Positions 28,277-37,536 of a DNA stretch of 47,416 nt are shown here, piece by piece; position 1 is the first letter of the stretch; every line of letters begins with the position of its first letter. The stretch is from Deinococcales bacterium (GTDB lineage Bacteria; Deinococcota; Deinococci; Deinococcales; JAAFIG01). Location: positions 1 through 47,416 of the forward strand of contig JANNVX010000102.1 in NCBI GenBank assembly GCA_031414595.1. The letters run 5' to 3'. The notes under the pieces were generated by a model. The model was not told the origin of the DNA, did not search any database, and saw only the letters and a list, made by a program, of their open reading frames with translations. Both the position numbers and the translations under genes were made by a program.

Positions 28277-29257
28277 TTATTGCTCAAAAACAATTTCATT
28301 CAAATCGGCTTTGAACCAGAATTCATTGCCTTTCTGCACCAGAAAATCGGTGAGCTTAAAGCGTCTACCTGCATAAATCAATTGGTCATTTTCAACTTTG
28401 CCTTGGCGTAAAAAGTCAAAGAACGAAAGACTGGTTTTTTTGTCGTCTCGAGCCGCAAAGTATGATTTTAAGCGTCGGTACAATTTGGGGAAAATCAGTT
28501 CACCTTGTTCGGTAAGTTGTACAAAATTCTCTGCTGAAAAATTGGCTGATTGATCCACCAAATGAATCCCCAGTTTATCTTTTCTGGCTTGAAACACAGC
28601 TTGTTTGAAAACTTCACGGTGACTGGCAGGTAAAGACAAATAATACTCTGGAAAAGCAAATCCTTTTTGCATTAACGCATAATTTAGGGTTTTCTCGAGC
28701 CACATGGGTTTTATAAGGGTTTCTTTGGCTTGGCTAAAGTCCCAATCTGATTCTTTGAAAACATAAACCACAGGGCGACCTTGAGTCCCACTTGGAGCGC
28801 TACGACTCAGCAGCACCCCTCGAGTTCGATTTGGATTAGCGCGGCGAACTTGTTTACCTTGGGGTGTGAATTCAATTTGTTGATACCCCAGAAATTGCAA
28901 TGAAAAATCCCGTGCTTCTTTGCCCAGTGGTTGGCGTTCAATCCCATCGCCAAATTCTGGTGTGTCAATACCCTCAAAACGAAGTTGCACACTGTTTTTT
29001 TGGTCTGGATTGGTCTCTTTTTGGTTCTGCGGGGTGTCTAAGTATTCTTGGTAAATACTCTTTGCATTCTCGAGTAAATCCCAATCTTTGATGTCATCGG
29101 CAATAAACCGCACACTATCCCCATCTGGTTTATAACCTTCAATCACAAATGCACCGCGAATCATGGTGTACAAACTCGAGTCTGGAATCTGTGTGGGTTC
29201 TGCTAAAACAAGGCTGGTTACGAGCAGCGCAAATACACTGATAAGGAATCGTTTCAT
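28277..29257 (-). CDS. Secreted thermonuclease (SNase)-family protein
   Basis: Signal peptide; DGDSVRF, LRFEGIDTPE, GR, LNYALMQKGFA, ARKDKLGI. Confidence 0.85.
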   Translation of the reverse strand: MKRFLISVFALLVTSLVLAEPTQIPDSSLYTMIRGAFVIEGYKPDGDSVRFIADDIKDWDLLENAKSIYQEYLDTPQNQKETNPDQKNSVQLRFEGIDTPEFGDGIERQPLGKEARDFSLQFLGYQQIEFTPQGKQVRRANPNRTRGVLLSRSAPSGTQGRPVVYVFKESDWDFSQAKETLIKPMWLEKTLNYALMQKGFAFPEYYLSLPASHREVFKQAVFQARKDKLGIHLVDQSANFSAENFVQLTEQGELIFPKLYRRLKSYFAARDDKKTSLSFFDFLRQGKVENDQLIYAGRRFKLTDFLVQKGNEFWFKADLNEIVFEQ

Positions 29258-29321
29258 TTCGCAGACAGCGTAACACGAAGAGGGTATTTATTGTAAAGAT
29301 TTAAGCCGTTATACTTTTGAA

Positions 29322-29912
29322 ATGGCAAATGTTCTTGATTCTACCGAGCAATTCACACCAATATCTCGAGCCGAGTGGCGAGTGTGGCTCGAGGTAAATT
29401 ACAGAACCAAAAAACGCATTTGGTTGGTGTTTTATAAAAAAGCGACCAGTAAACCAAGCCTGACCTATGCCGAAGCCGTCGAAGAAGCCCTGTGTTTTGG
29501 CTGGATAGATTCTCTGCCAAAAAAACTAGACTTTGAGCGCCACATGCTGCTTTTCACCACCCGTAAACCCAAATCGCCTTGGTCAAGACTGAACAAAACC
29601 CGAGTCGAGCAATTGATTGCTGGTGGCTTAATGACTGCTGCTGGACTTGAGAAAATCGAAATTGCCAAGAAAAATGGCGCTTGGGAAATTTACGATGCTG
29701 CTGAGGACTTACTCGAGCCAGATGATTTAATGCTCATGCTCAATGCAAATGCCACAGCTCGAGCCAATTGGGACGGCTTTGCGCCATCGGCACGAAAAGG
29801 CATTTTGTACTGGTTGTCCACTGCTAAACGCGAGGAAACCCGTTTGAAAAGGTTGCTCGAGATTGTAGAAAAAGCCGCAGTCAATAAAAAAGCCAATTTC
29901 CCAAATCAGTAA
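29322..29912 (+). CDS. YdeI/OmpD-associated family protein
   Basis: EWRVWLE, AVEEALCFGWIDS, SPWSRLNK, AKREETR. Confidence 0.92.
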   Translation: MANVLDSTEQFTPISRAEWRVWLEVNYRTKKRIWLVFYKKATSKPSLTYAEAVEEALCFGWIDSLPKKLDFERHMLLFTTRKPKSPWSRLNKTRVEQLIAGGLMTAAGLEKIEIAKKNGAWEIYDAAEDLLEPDDLMLMLNANATARANWDGFAPSARKGILYWLSTAKREETRLKRLLEIVEKAAVNKKANFPNQ

Positions 29913-29929
29913 GGGCAGAAATACACCCC

Positions 29930-30151
29930 TCATTTTCCCAAGGCTTTAGAAAATTCATCTGCCGATACACCAGCCTGACGCAAAACACCATTGACCGTTC
30001 CAACTTTAACTTCTTTATGATTTGGCACAACACAACCCGAAGCACCACGACGCATGATGATATGACTACCTGTTTGACGCAGAACTTCAAATCCTATACG
30101 TTCAAACGCACGAACCATATCTTGTCCTGATAAACCCGGAAATTTAGGCAT
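29930..30151 (-). CDS. hicA: HicA-family toxin
   Basis: RQTGSHIIM, VVPNHKEVKVGT. Confidence 0.92.
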   Translation of the reverse strand: MPKFPGLSGQDMVRAFERIGFEVLRQTGSHIIMRRGASGCVVPNHKEVKVGTVNGVLRQAGVSADEFSKALGK

Positions 30152-30347
30152 GACCTACATCAAACGTGGTCACAAGTGGATGAGCCGTAATCATCATTGG
30201 AAATTCCTCGAGATACAGTTCAGTGGCTTCTTTAAGGTTGGCAACCGCTTCTTGCACCGTTTCGCCTTGAGTTGTAGTCCCTGTTTCTGGGTTGAAAGCG
30301 ACAAAGCCGCCTTCTTCGGCGGGTGTTAAAACTGCTGTTAATAACAT
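30144..30347 (-). CDS. hicB: HicB-family antitoxin
   Basis: EEGGFVA...TQGETVQEAVANLKEATELYLE. Confidence 0.9.
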   Translation of the reverse strand: MLLTAVLTPAEEGGFVAFNPETGTTTQGETVQEAVANLKEATELYLEEFPMMITAHPLVTTFDVGHA

Positions 30348-30363
30348 AATGACCTCATTTTAA

Positions 30364-31014
30364 CTATTGACTCGAGACAACCGAAACTTGAAAACCAATA
30401 AACTCTTTTTTGATTTGTTTTGCCAAAATCTCGATTGATTTAACATTGAAACTATGATCACCTAGAACTGTAGCATCGGGTGAGAATCTTAGGTGTGTTT
30501 GGTTTAATTGGTCACTAGAAGTAACTTCAAATGCGCCAATTTGGAGTCCTTGTTTGAACAATACTTGACCGTGGCGACCATTCCACACTGTTTCAAGAAA
30601 AAATTCGTTTGAGAAAGCATTAACTACTGCAATTCCCATATTGCAAAACCGAGAAACATCTTCCGTATGCCATTCGGTGATACGACAAACACATAATTGA
30701 GTTGTAACTAATTGAGCGAGGGGAACTTCTTCATTTGATAATTCTAAGCTCAGACCAGCATTGTAATCTATTTCAACAGTTTTTTCGGCAATACGAAAGT
30801 TTAGCTCCGTACAATTACCTTTTTTGAATTCATCTACAGGATGCCAAAGAGTGTTTAGAATAAGATAATCGTAGATGCCTTCGGGTTTTGCGATATACAT
30901 TCCTGGTCTTTGACGCATTCCATTCAATTGTTTCATGTTTCTTATATCAGGCATAGGAATTTGTCTTTGATCGTTCATATCAAAGTATAGCTTCTGAGCT
31001 TCATTTTTTGTCAA
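30364..31014 (-). CDS. Stand-alone GyrB/ParE ATPase-domain-like protein (degenerate GHKL); start uncertain
   Basis: RQRPGMYI, PVDE, GIAVVNAFS, FKQG, THLRFSPDATV match the GyrB N-terminal 24-kDa region; the protein ends there. Confidence 0.75.
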   Translation of the reverse strand: MTKNEAQKLYFDMNDQRQIPMPDIRNMKQLNGMRQRPGMYIAKPEGIYDYLILNTLWHPVDEFKKGNCTELNFRIAEKTVEIDYNAGLSLELSNEEVPLAQLVTTQLCVCRITEWHTEDVSRFCNMGIAVVNAFSNEFFLETVWNGRHGQVLFKQGLQIGAFEVTSSDQLNQTHLRFSPDATVLGDHSFNVKSIEILAKQIKKEFIGFQVSVVSSQ

Positions 31015-31016
31015 GC

Positions 31017-31406
31017 CTAGCGCGTCTCGAGACCAAGCAAAACTCGAGCATGAAGCCTTAAAACTGTTGTAGCGTTTTGAACCGCCTCAGCTTCCTCGGT
31101 GGTTGGGTCGTCTAATTCGCTTGGGTATCGGGCTGGAATCGAAACCGCGTTAATCAAACGGGCTGCTTTTATTTCAGGGCTATTTGATTGAATTAGTGGC
31201 GAAACCATTTGTACCAATTCACGTAAATTGTGCGAAAGCGGTGGGTCAATTCCTTGAAAAAGCAGAACAGCTTTCAAATACTTTTCGCTCGATTGCTGCA
31301 ATAAGTACACAGCCGTATGAGGTGAGTCAATCATTAGCGTTCCAGCCGCCACAAATTCTTCTTCTGCAAAACGTACCCAACGTGTGTAATCTCTTGAGTT
31401 AGCCAT
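31017..31406 (-). CDS. HEPN-domain protein
   Basis: WVRFAEEE, QQSSEKYLKA, SHNLREL, ARYP; ATG 31406 overlaps the MNT stop. Confidence 0.9.
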   Translation of the reverse strand: MANSRDYTRWVRFAEEEFVAAGTLMIDSPHTAVYLLQQSSEKYLKAVLLFQGIDPPLSHNLRELVQMVSPLIQSNSPEIKAARLINAVSIPARYPSELDDPTTEEAEAVQNATTVLRLHARVLLGLETR

Positions 31407-31743
31407 ATAAAACGATGCCTTCTTGGGCAACTCGCCGCGCTAGAATAGATTCCCCAGCTTGGTAATGCTCGAGGCTCATTGGAATAAGGTCAACAGAATA
31501 CGGCGCATTCCAAAAAACTTCATCAGCTTCAATGGCAGCGTTTAACAAAACTTGACGCTCAGCAGTTGGCATTAGCAGCAATAAATCTAAATCGCTTATT
31601 AAGGTTTGTGTTCCTCGAGCCACACTGCCAAAAACCATAATTTTACTTGCACCACTGACCAAGGCAACTTTTTGGGCTAAAAAACGCAGTTCCTCGAGCT
31701 TACTTGGGGGTGCAATTCTTTGTACAACTTGATTGCTTGCCAT
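31399..31743 (-). CDS. MNT nucleotidyltransferase
   Basis: VFGSVARG...SDLDLLL...VDLIP; TAGACT 7 nt before ATG 31743. Confidence 0.9.
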   Translation of the reverse strand: MASNQVVQRIAPPSKLEELRFLAQKVALVSGASKIMVFGSVARGTQTLISDLDLLLLMPTAERQVLLNAAIEADEVFWNAPYSVDLIPMSLEHYQAGESILARRVAQEGIVLYG

Positions 31744-31808
31744 GCTTTCCAGTCTACAAGGTTTTGTCAAGCCTAGCGCGTCTCGAGAATGGGCAGTAAC
31801 ATAGTCTC

Positions 31809-34800
31809 ATGTCTGATAACCCCGCCACCCTAGCCCATAATCTCGAGCAGTCGCTTAAACCCAAACGATTTGCCCATTTGCATCAACACACACAGTACAG
31901 CTTGCTGGACGGTGCGGCTCGAGTCAAAGACTTACTGAAATGGGTCGCTAAAACCAGCCCAGAAAACCCAGCCCTCGCCATGACCGACCACGGTAATATG
32001 CACGGTGCAGTCCAATTTTTTAAGTACGCACAGGATGCTGGTGTCAAACCGATTATTGGTTACGAAGCCTATGTTTCGGCTGGCTCGAGGTTTGACCGGA
32101 TTCAACGCCGAGATGTAGACGGTGGTTACTACCATTTAACGCTTCTAGCAAAGGATTTTAAGGGCTACCAGAACTTATGTAAATTGGCTTCGATTGCCTA
32201 TCTCGAGGGCTTTTACCAAAAACCACGCATAGACCGTGAAGTGCTTGCCTTACACCGCGAGGGGATTATTGCCATGAGCGGTTGCCTTGGCGCGGAAGTT
32301 CCGAATATGATTCTCAATGACCGTCTCGAGGATGCCGAGGAGCGCTTAAAATGGTACTTGGCGACCTTTGGTGATGATTATTATATTGAAATTCAGAATC
32401 ACGGCTTGCCAGAACAGCAAAAAGTCAATCCAGTCTTAAAAGCGTGGGCGGCTAAATACGGTGTCGGAATGGTTGCCACCAACGACGGTCATTATGTGCG
32501 TCATGAAGATGCCTATGCCCATGAGGTACTGCTGGCGATTCAGACCAAAGCCTTGATGTCTGAAGAAAAACGCTTTAAGTTTAGTTGCGAAGAATTTTAT
32601 GTCAAAACCCAAGCCGAAATGGAAAATCTTCTGCCCTCGAGCCAGTGGGGAGACGAAATTTATGACAACAGCAATGTAATTGCCGAAAAATGCAACCTCG
32701 AGTTACCAATAGGTTCAAAGCGAGTCTATCAAATGCCAGCCCTGCCAATTCCTGAAGGGCGAAGCATGGCAGAAGAACTTCGGGTTCAAGTTTATCGGGG
32801 AACAGCTCAGCGTTATCCCAAGGAATTTACCCTCGAGTTGTTGCACAAATATGCTGCCTTGTCTTTAGAGAAATTAGACAATGAAAATCGTGAACATGTC
32901 TTTGCCCGAACCGTAGGGGCGAGGCATGCCTCGCCCTTGCCCGAAACGATGTTGGGTTTGCCCAACCAGCCGATGCCAGAGGCTGATGCTGGTCAGGGCG
33001 AACACGAGGTTCGCCCCTACGAAAAACAGGTTCAAAATCTGAATCTCGAGGAAACCATTTTATTATTGGCTTTTACGGGTGAAATTTGGCTCGAGAATTC
33101 AAAAGCTCAAAAGTACACGCAATACATCGCACTCGATGCACTCGAAGCGGATGAAAACATGGTATCAAAACTTGGGCAGTCCTTGGTGGTCTTACGCCGT
33201 GCCGAGTACGAACTTGGTGTGATTATTCGCATGGGTTTCCCAGATTATTTTTTGATTGTGGCAGATTTTATCAACTGGGCAAAAGACCACGGTATTCGCG
33301 TCGGTCCCGGGCGTGGTTCGGGCGCGGGTAGCCTAGTGGCGTTTGCACTTAAAATCACCAACCTTGACCCAATTGGTTACGGCTTGCTGTTTGAGCGGTT
33401 TCTCAATCCAGACCGTGTTTCGATGCCAGATTTTGATGTTGACTTTTCGGATTCGCGGCGCAACGAAGTGATTAACTATGTGCGCGATAAATACGGTGAT
33501 GACAAAGTAGCCATGATTGCCACTTACGGAACAATGTCGAGTCGGGCGTGTTTTAAGGATGTGGCTCGGGTTCTCGAGTTACCGTTTGCCGAAGCTGATA
33601 AACTCTCGAAACTCGTACCAGTGGTCTTTGGTCGGGCGCTCAGTCTCGAGGATGCCGAAAATGCTGTACCGGACATTAAAGCCATGCTCGAGGCAAACCC
33701 AGCCACCCGTAAAGTCTATGAAATCGCCAAGAATTTAGAAGGTTTAACCCGCCACTCGAGTATCCATGCCTCAGGTGTGGTGATTGGGCGTGAGCGTTTG
33801 GATAACATTGTGCCACTCATGCGGGGCGGTTCGGACGAAGGCGTGGTTTGTCAGTACGACATGAGCAGTGTTGAGGATATTGGCTTAATCAAAATGGATT
33901 TTTTAGGGCTGCGGACCCTTTCTTTTCTCGAGGAAGCAGTGCGGATTATTAAGGAATCCAAAGGTGTCAGTCTCGAGCCGGATGATTTTGGGCTTGAAGA
34001 TGCTAAAACCTATGAACTGATTTCGAGGGGTGAAACCAAAGGGGTTTTTCAACTCGAGGGCGGCGGAATTACCGATGCAGCACGTAAATTAAAACCGCGT
34101 CGAATTGAGGATATTAACGCATTATCAGCGTTGTATCGCCCGGGTCCGATGGATAACATTCCAGCCTATATCGAGCGCCATCACGGACGAGAAGCGGTGC
34201 GTTATGACCAAGGCGAGTTTAATCTGCCAAAGTGCGAACCGTTGTTGCGCCCGATTCTCGAGGAGACTTACGGTATTCCAGTCTACCAAGAGCAAATTAT
34301 GCAGATTGCTTCGGCAGTGGCGGGTTATACATTAGGGCAAGCGGATTTGCTGCGCCGGGCAATGGGGAAAAAGAAATTGGATGAGATGGAAAAAGAACGG
34401 GTTAAATTTGTGGCTGGTGCAAAAACCGTGCATTCCATTCCCGAAGATGAATCAGCTAGGTTGTTTGGCATCCTCGAGAAGTTCGCCAATTATGGGTTTA
34501 ATAAGTGTTTAGTTGGCAATACTGTTGTGCATTCAAGTAATGGTGTGCCTCATACGTTGCAGACTTTGTTTGAAAGTCAACAGTTGATTGAAGTAGCAAC
34601 CCTAGAAGAAGGTTTTACACTTGGGCGCAGTCGTGTGCTTGGGGTTTTTGAAAATGGGATTAAACCTGTTTTTGAATTGCAAACTTCGCTTGGTAAGTCA
34701 CTGGTGGCGACTGGAAATCATCCATTATTGACCTTGAATGGTTGGAAAAATCTCAAAGATTTACAGGTTGGTGACAGAATTGCTGCTCCTGCTCAGTTAC

Positions 34801-37118
34801 CCATTGAGGGTTTGAAAAGTTGGGAAAAACATCAATTGGTGATGCTAGGTTGGGTGCTTTCTGAGGGCAATACTTGTCATCCTTGTGGTTTTTATGTGTA
34901 CACACAGAATCAGGAATCGTTACAAGATATTCTCGAGTCATCTCGGGGTTTTGTGGAAACTCAAGCAACTGCTAAACTCCGTGCAGACCGAAATAATGTT
35001 TTTGATATTTATGTTGGAACTGGGAAGCGCGGGATTGCTGGACGGTCTGGGGCGCGACTTTGGCTGGAGTCGCTTGGTTTGGTTGGTTTGAATGCTATAG
35101 AAAAATGTGTTCCAGAGGCTGTTTTTGAACTTTGCAATGCAGATTTAGCGGTGTTGCTTGGTCGCTTTTGGTCTGGTGATGGTTTTGTGTTTGGGGCTGG
35201 GTCAAATTCAACACCTTATCTTGCAACTTCCTCGGAAAAAATGGCACGACAATTACAGCATTTACTATTGCGTTTAGGGATGGTATCGCGTTTTACGAAA
35301 AAATTATTTAAGTACAAAGAAGGACGAATTGGCTACACCGTTCATCTTTTGGGGCGACGCTCACTCGAGGTATTTGCACACTTAATCGTGCCACATCTGA
35401 TTGGACGCGATACGCAAATCGAGTTACTGACTTCTTTTTTAGAAAATATACCTGCAAATCGTGAAAGCGTTGATACTCTACCTCCTGAAATTAAAGCATG
35501 GGTTGTGGCTGCCAAGGAACGGAGCAATCAAACTTGGCTCGAGATTGAAACAAATGCAGGTGTTTGTATTAAAGAATTTTATGGCGCTCCCAAAACGCAT
35601 AAAAAAGGTTTTAGGCGTGAAACTATTAGGCGTTTAGCGGACTATTTTTCGGATTTACGCCTAAAAAATGCTTGTTCTAATGACTTATTTTGGGAAACCA
35701 TAACGGCTATTGAACCTTTAGGTGATGTCATGACTTATGACCTTGAGGTTGACAATACCCATAGTTTCATTGCCAATGATATTATTGTGCATAATTCGCA
35801 CAGCGCTTCTTACGCATTACTTTCGTTTCAAACAGCTTATATAAAAGCCCATTTTCCAGTCGAATTTATGGCGGCACTTTTAACCGTCGAGCGCCGCAAT
35901 TCCGATAAAGTCGCCGAGTACATTGCCGATGCACGACAAACCAAACTCGAGAATGGGCAGTTAATGCAGGTCTTGCCGCCAGACATCAACCGTTCAAGTA
36001 CCGATTTTAAGGTTGTGGGTGAACAGATTCTCTTTGGTTTGTATGGTGTGAAATCGCTCGGTGAAGAAACTGCGCTTTTGATACTCGAGGAACGGGAACG
36101 GGCTGGGGCGTTTAAGTCGCTTGCTAATTTCTGCTCGAGAATGCAGGGTACGGGCTTAAATAAACGTTGGGTAGAATTTTTGGTCAAGTGTGGCGCATTT
36201 GATATTTTTGGCGCAAGGGAAGCGCTTTTAGAAAGTGTTGAGGAAGCGATTGAATTTGCCAATGGTCAAGCCGATATGAACTCGCAAGGTATGGATTCTT
36301 TGTTTGGCATGGCAACCATTGCGCCAGAGCCAAAACTCAAGTCAATCGCACCGCCAGCCTCTGAGGAAGAATCGCGTTCTCGAGCCATCACTGCCCTACA
36401 ATTTGAAAAGGAAGCGGTGGGTTTATACATCTCTGGGCATCCGCTTGAACATTACCCCGGAATGCTCGAGGCGGCATCTTGTAAGGTCGCGCAGTCAGAA
36501 GTCTGGTTTCATACCTCATCCGCGCCTGTTGGCTACCGTGGGCGCAAGCGGGCGGTCTTAGCGGGGATGATTAGCGGGGTGCAACGCAAACCGACAAAAT
36601 CTGGTGGGATGATGGCACGGTTTATCCTGACCGATGATGCTGGTGCAGCCGAATTGGTGGCGTTTTCTCGAGCGTATGACAAGATTAACGACAAACTGAT
36701 TGAGGACAGCCCCGCCTTGGTGGTGGTTGAAATTGAACCAGATGGCGAAGAAGGGGTTCGTGTCACGGTCGAAGAGCTACTGCCTTATGAAGAAGCCAAG
36801 ACCATGCCCAAAACCCTTGCTTTAGAACTGAACCTGAGCCTTCTCGAGCCAAAAATGCTTTCACACCTTGATGAAATGCTACAAATGCAAGATGGTATTG
36901 CCAACATCCCGATTCATTTGCGTTTAATTGGCAACGATGCCTTTGAAATTTGGGAACTGACCCATAAAGCCTCGGATGCCACACTGCAACGCCTAAAACT
37001 CGAGTGTCCGTGGTTAAAAGTTGGCATGGGCATATCGGGCGAAGCGGTCTTGGCTAAAACTGCACCAGCTAAAAAGCCGTGGGAAGGTAAAGCAAAAACC
37101 CCTCGAGTGGAGAATTAA
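31809..37118 (+). CDS. dnaE: DNA polymerase III alpha subunit (intein-containing precursor)
   Basis: HLHQHTQYSLLDGA (PHP), GPGRGSGAGS, MPDFDVDF, KMDFLGLRTL, YGFNK|SH. Confidence 0.98.
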   Translation: MSDNPATLAHNLEQSLKPKRFAHLHQHTQYSLLDGAARVKDLLKWVAKTSPENPALAMTDHGNMHGAVQFFKYAQDAGVKPIIGYEAYVSAGSRFDRIQRRDVDGGYYHLTLLAKDFKGYQNLCKLASIAYLEGFYQKPRIDREVLALHREGIIAMSGCLGAEVPNMILNDRLEDAEERLKWYLATFGDDYYIEIQNHGLPEQQKVNPVLKAWAAKYGVGMVATNDGHYVRHEDAYAHEVLLAIQTKALMSEEKRFKFSCEEFYVKTQAEMENLLPSSQWGDEIYDNSNVIAEKCNLELPIGSKRVYQMPALPIPEGRSMAEELRVQVYRGTAQRYPKEFTLELLHKYAALSLEKLDNENREHVFARTVGARHASPLPETMLGLPNQPMPEADAGQGEHEVRPYEKQVQNLNLEETILLLAFTGEIWLENSKAQKYTQYIALDALEADENMVSKLGQSLVVLRRAEYELGVIIRMGFPDYFLIVADFINWAKDHGIRVGPGRGSGAGSLVAFALKITNLDPIGYGLLFERFLNPDRVSMPDFDVDFSDSRRNEVINYVRDKYGDDKVAMIATYGTMSSRACFKDVARVLELPFAEADKLSKLVPVVFGRALSLEDAENAVPDIKAMLEANPATRKVYEIAKNLEGLTRHSSIHASGVVIGRERLDNIVPLMRGGSDEGVVCQYDMSSVEDIGLIKMDFLGLRTLSFLEEAVRIIKESKGVSLEPDDFGLEDAKTYELISRGETKGVFQLEGGGITDAARKLKPRRIEDINALSALYRPGPMDNIPAYIERHHGREAVRYDQGEFNLPKCEPLLRPILEETYGIPVYQEQIMQIASAVAGYTLGQADLLRRAMGKKKLDEMEKERVKFVAGAKTVHSIPEDESARLFGILEKFANYGFNKCLVGNTVVHSSNGVPHTLQTLFESQQLIEVATLEEGFTLGRSRVLGVFENGIKPVFELQTSLGKSLVATGNHPLLTLNGWKNLKDLQVGDRIAAPAQLPIEGLKSWEKHQLVMLGWVLSEGNTCHPCGFYVYTQNQESLQDILESSRGFVETQATAKLRADRNNVFDIYVGTGKRGIAGRSGARLWLESLGLVGLNAIEKCVPEAVFELCNADLAVLLGRFWSGDGFVFGAGSNSTPYLATSSEKMARQLQHLLLRLGMVSRFTKKLFKYKEGRIGYTVHLLGRRSLEVFAHLIVPHLIGRDTQIELLTSFLENIPANRESVDTLPPEIKAWVVAAKERSNQTWLEIETNAGVCIKEFYGAPKTHKKGFRRETIRRLADYFSDLRLKNACSNDLFWETITAIEPLGDVMTYDLEVDNTHSFIANDIIVHNSHSASYALLSFQTAYIKAHFPVEFMAALLTVERRNSDKVAEYIADARQTKLENGQLMQVLPPDINRSSTDFKVVGEQILFGLYGVKSLGEETALLILEERERAGAFKSLANFCSRMQGTGLNKRWVEFLVKCGAFDIFGAREALLESVEEAIEFANGQADMNSQGMDSLFGMATIAPEPKLKSIAPPASEEESRSRAITALQFEKEAVGLYISGHPLEHYPGMLEAASCKVAQSEVWFHTSSAPVGYRGRKRAVLAGMISGVQRKPTKSGGMMARFILTDDAGAAELVAFSRAYDKINDKLIEDSPALVVVEIEPDGEEGVRVTVEELLPYEEAKTMPKTLALELNLSLLEPKMLSHLDEMLQMQDGIANIPIHLRLIGNDAFEIWELTHKASDATLQRLKLECPWLKVGMGISGEAVLAKTAPAKKPWEGKAKTPRVEN
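32913..33020. repeat. 108-bp GTAG-type REP doublet (REPIN-like), in-frame in dnaE
   Basis: GTAG-GGGCGAGGCATGCCTCGCCC ... GGGCGAACACGAGGTTCGCCC-CTAC. Confidence 0.8.
34506..35795 (+). mobile_element. 430-aa intein with LAGLIDADG homing endonuclease
   Basis: Starts CLVGNT after YGFNK; block B ATGNHPL; LGWVLSEG and LGRFWSGDG; ends TYDLEV...IIVHN followed by Ser. Confidence 0.95.
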
Positions 37119-37119
37119 A

Positions 37120-37536
37120 ATGGCTAAAGACCGTTTTCATGATGTTGTTCGCACAGCCTTGGAAAAGGATGGCTGGCGCATAACCAACGATCCACTACTC
37201 ATTCCAATTGGACGTTCTAACATTCAAATTGACCTCGGTGCAGAACGTCTCATTGCTGCCGAAAATGGCAAAAAACTCATTGCCGTCGAGATTAAAGTAT
37301 TTGGTCAACCTTCTTTTACTTATGCGTTCCATGAAGCACTTGGACAGTTTATGAATTATCGTTTGCAACTTGCAAAACGTGAACCTACTCGAGAGTTATT
37401 TTTAGCTGTACCTGTGGATACTTTTGTGCGTTATTTTGATTCTGAATTAACAACTGATGCAATTACTCATTATCAAGTTAAAGTTCTTGTGTACGATCCT
37501 GTCAGCGAGGTGATTGTCCAATGGATCAACAATTAA
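37120..37536 (+). CDS. xisH: XisH-family PD-(D/E)XK protein
   Basis: AKDRFHDVVRTALEKDGWRITNDP, IDLGAE, AVEIK, ALGQFMNYR. Confidence 0.92.
   Translation: MAKDRFHDVVRTALEKDGWRITNDPLLIPIGRSNIQIDLGAERLIAAENGKKLIAVEIKVFGQPSFTYAFHEALGQFMNYRLQLAKREPTRELFLAVPVDTFVRYFDSELTTDAITHYQVKVLVYDPVSEVIVQWINN

Larger units (their letters stand above)
31006..31788. repeat. Perfect 27-bp direct repeat flanking the MNT-HEPN module
   Basis: TTTTGTCAAGCCTAGCGCGTCTCGAGA at 31006-31032 and 31762-31788. Confidence 0.9.
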
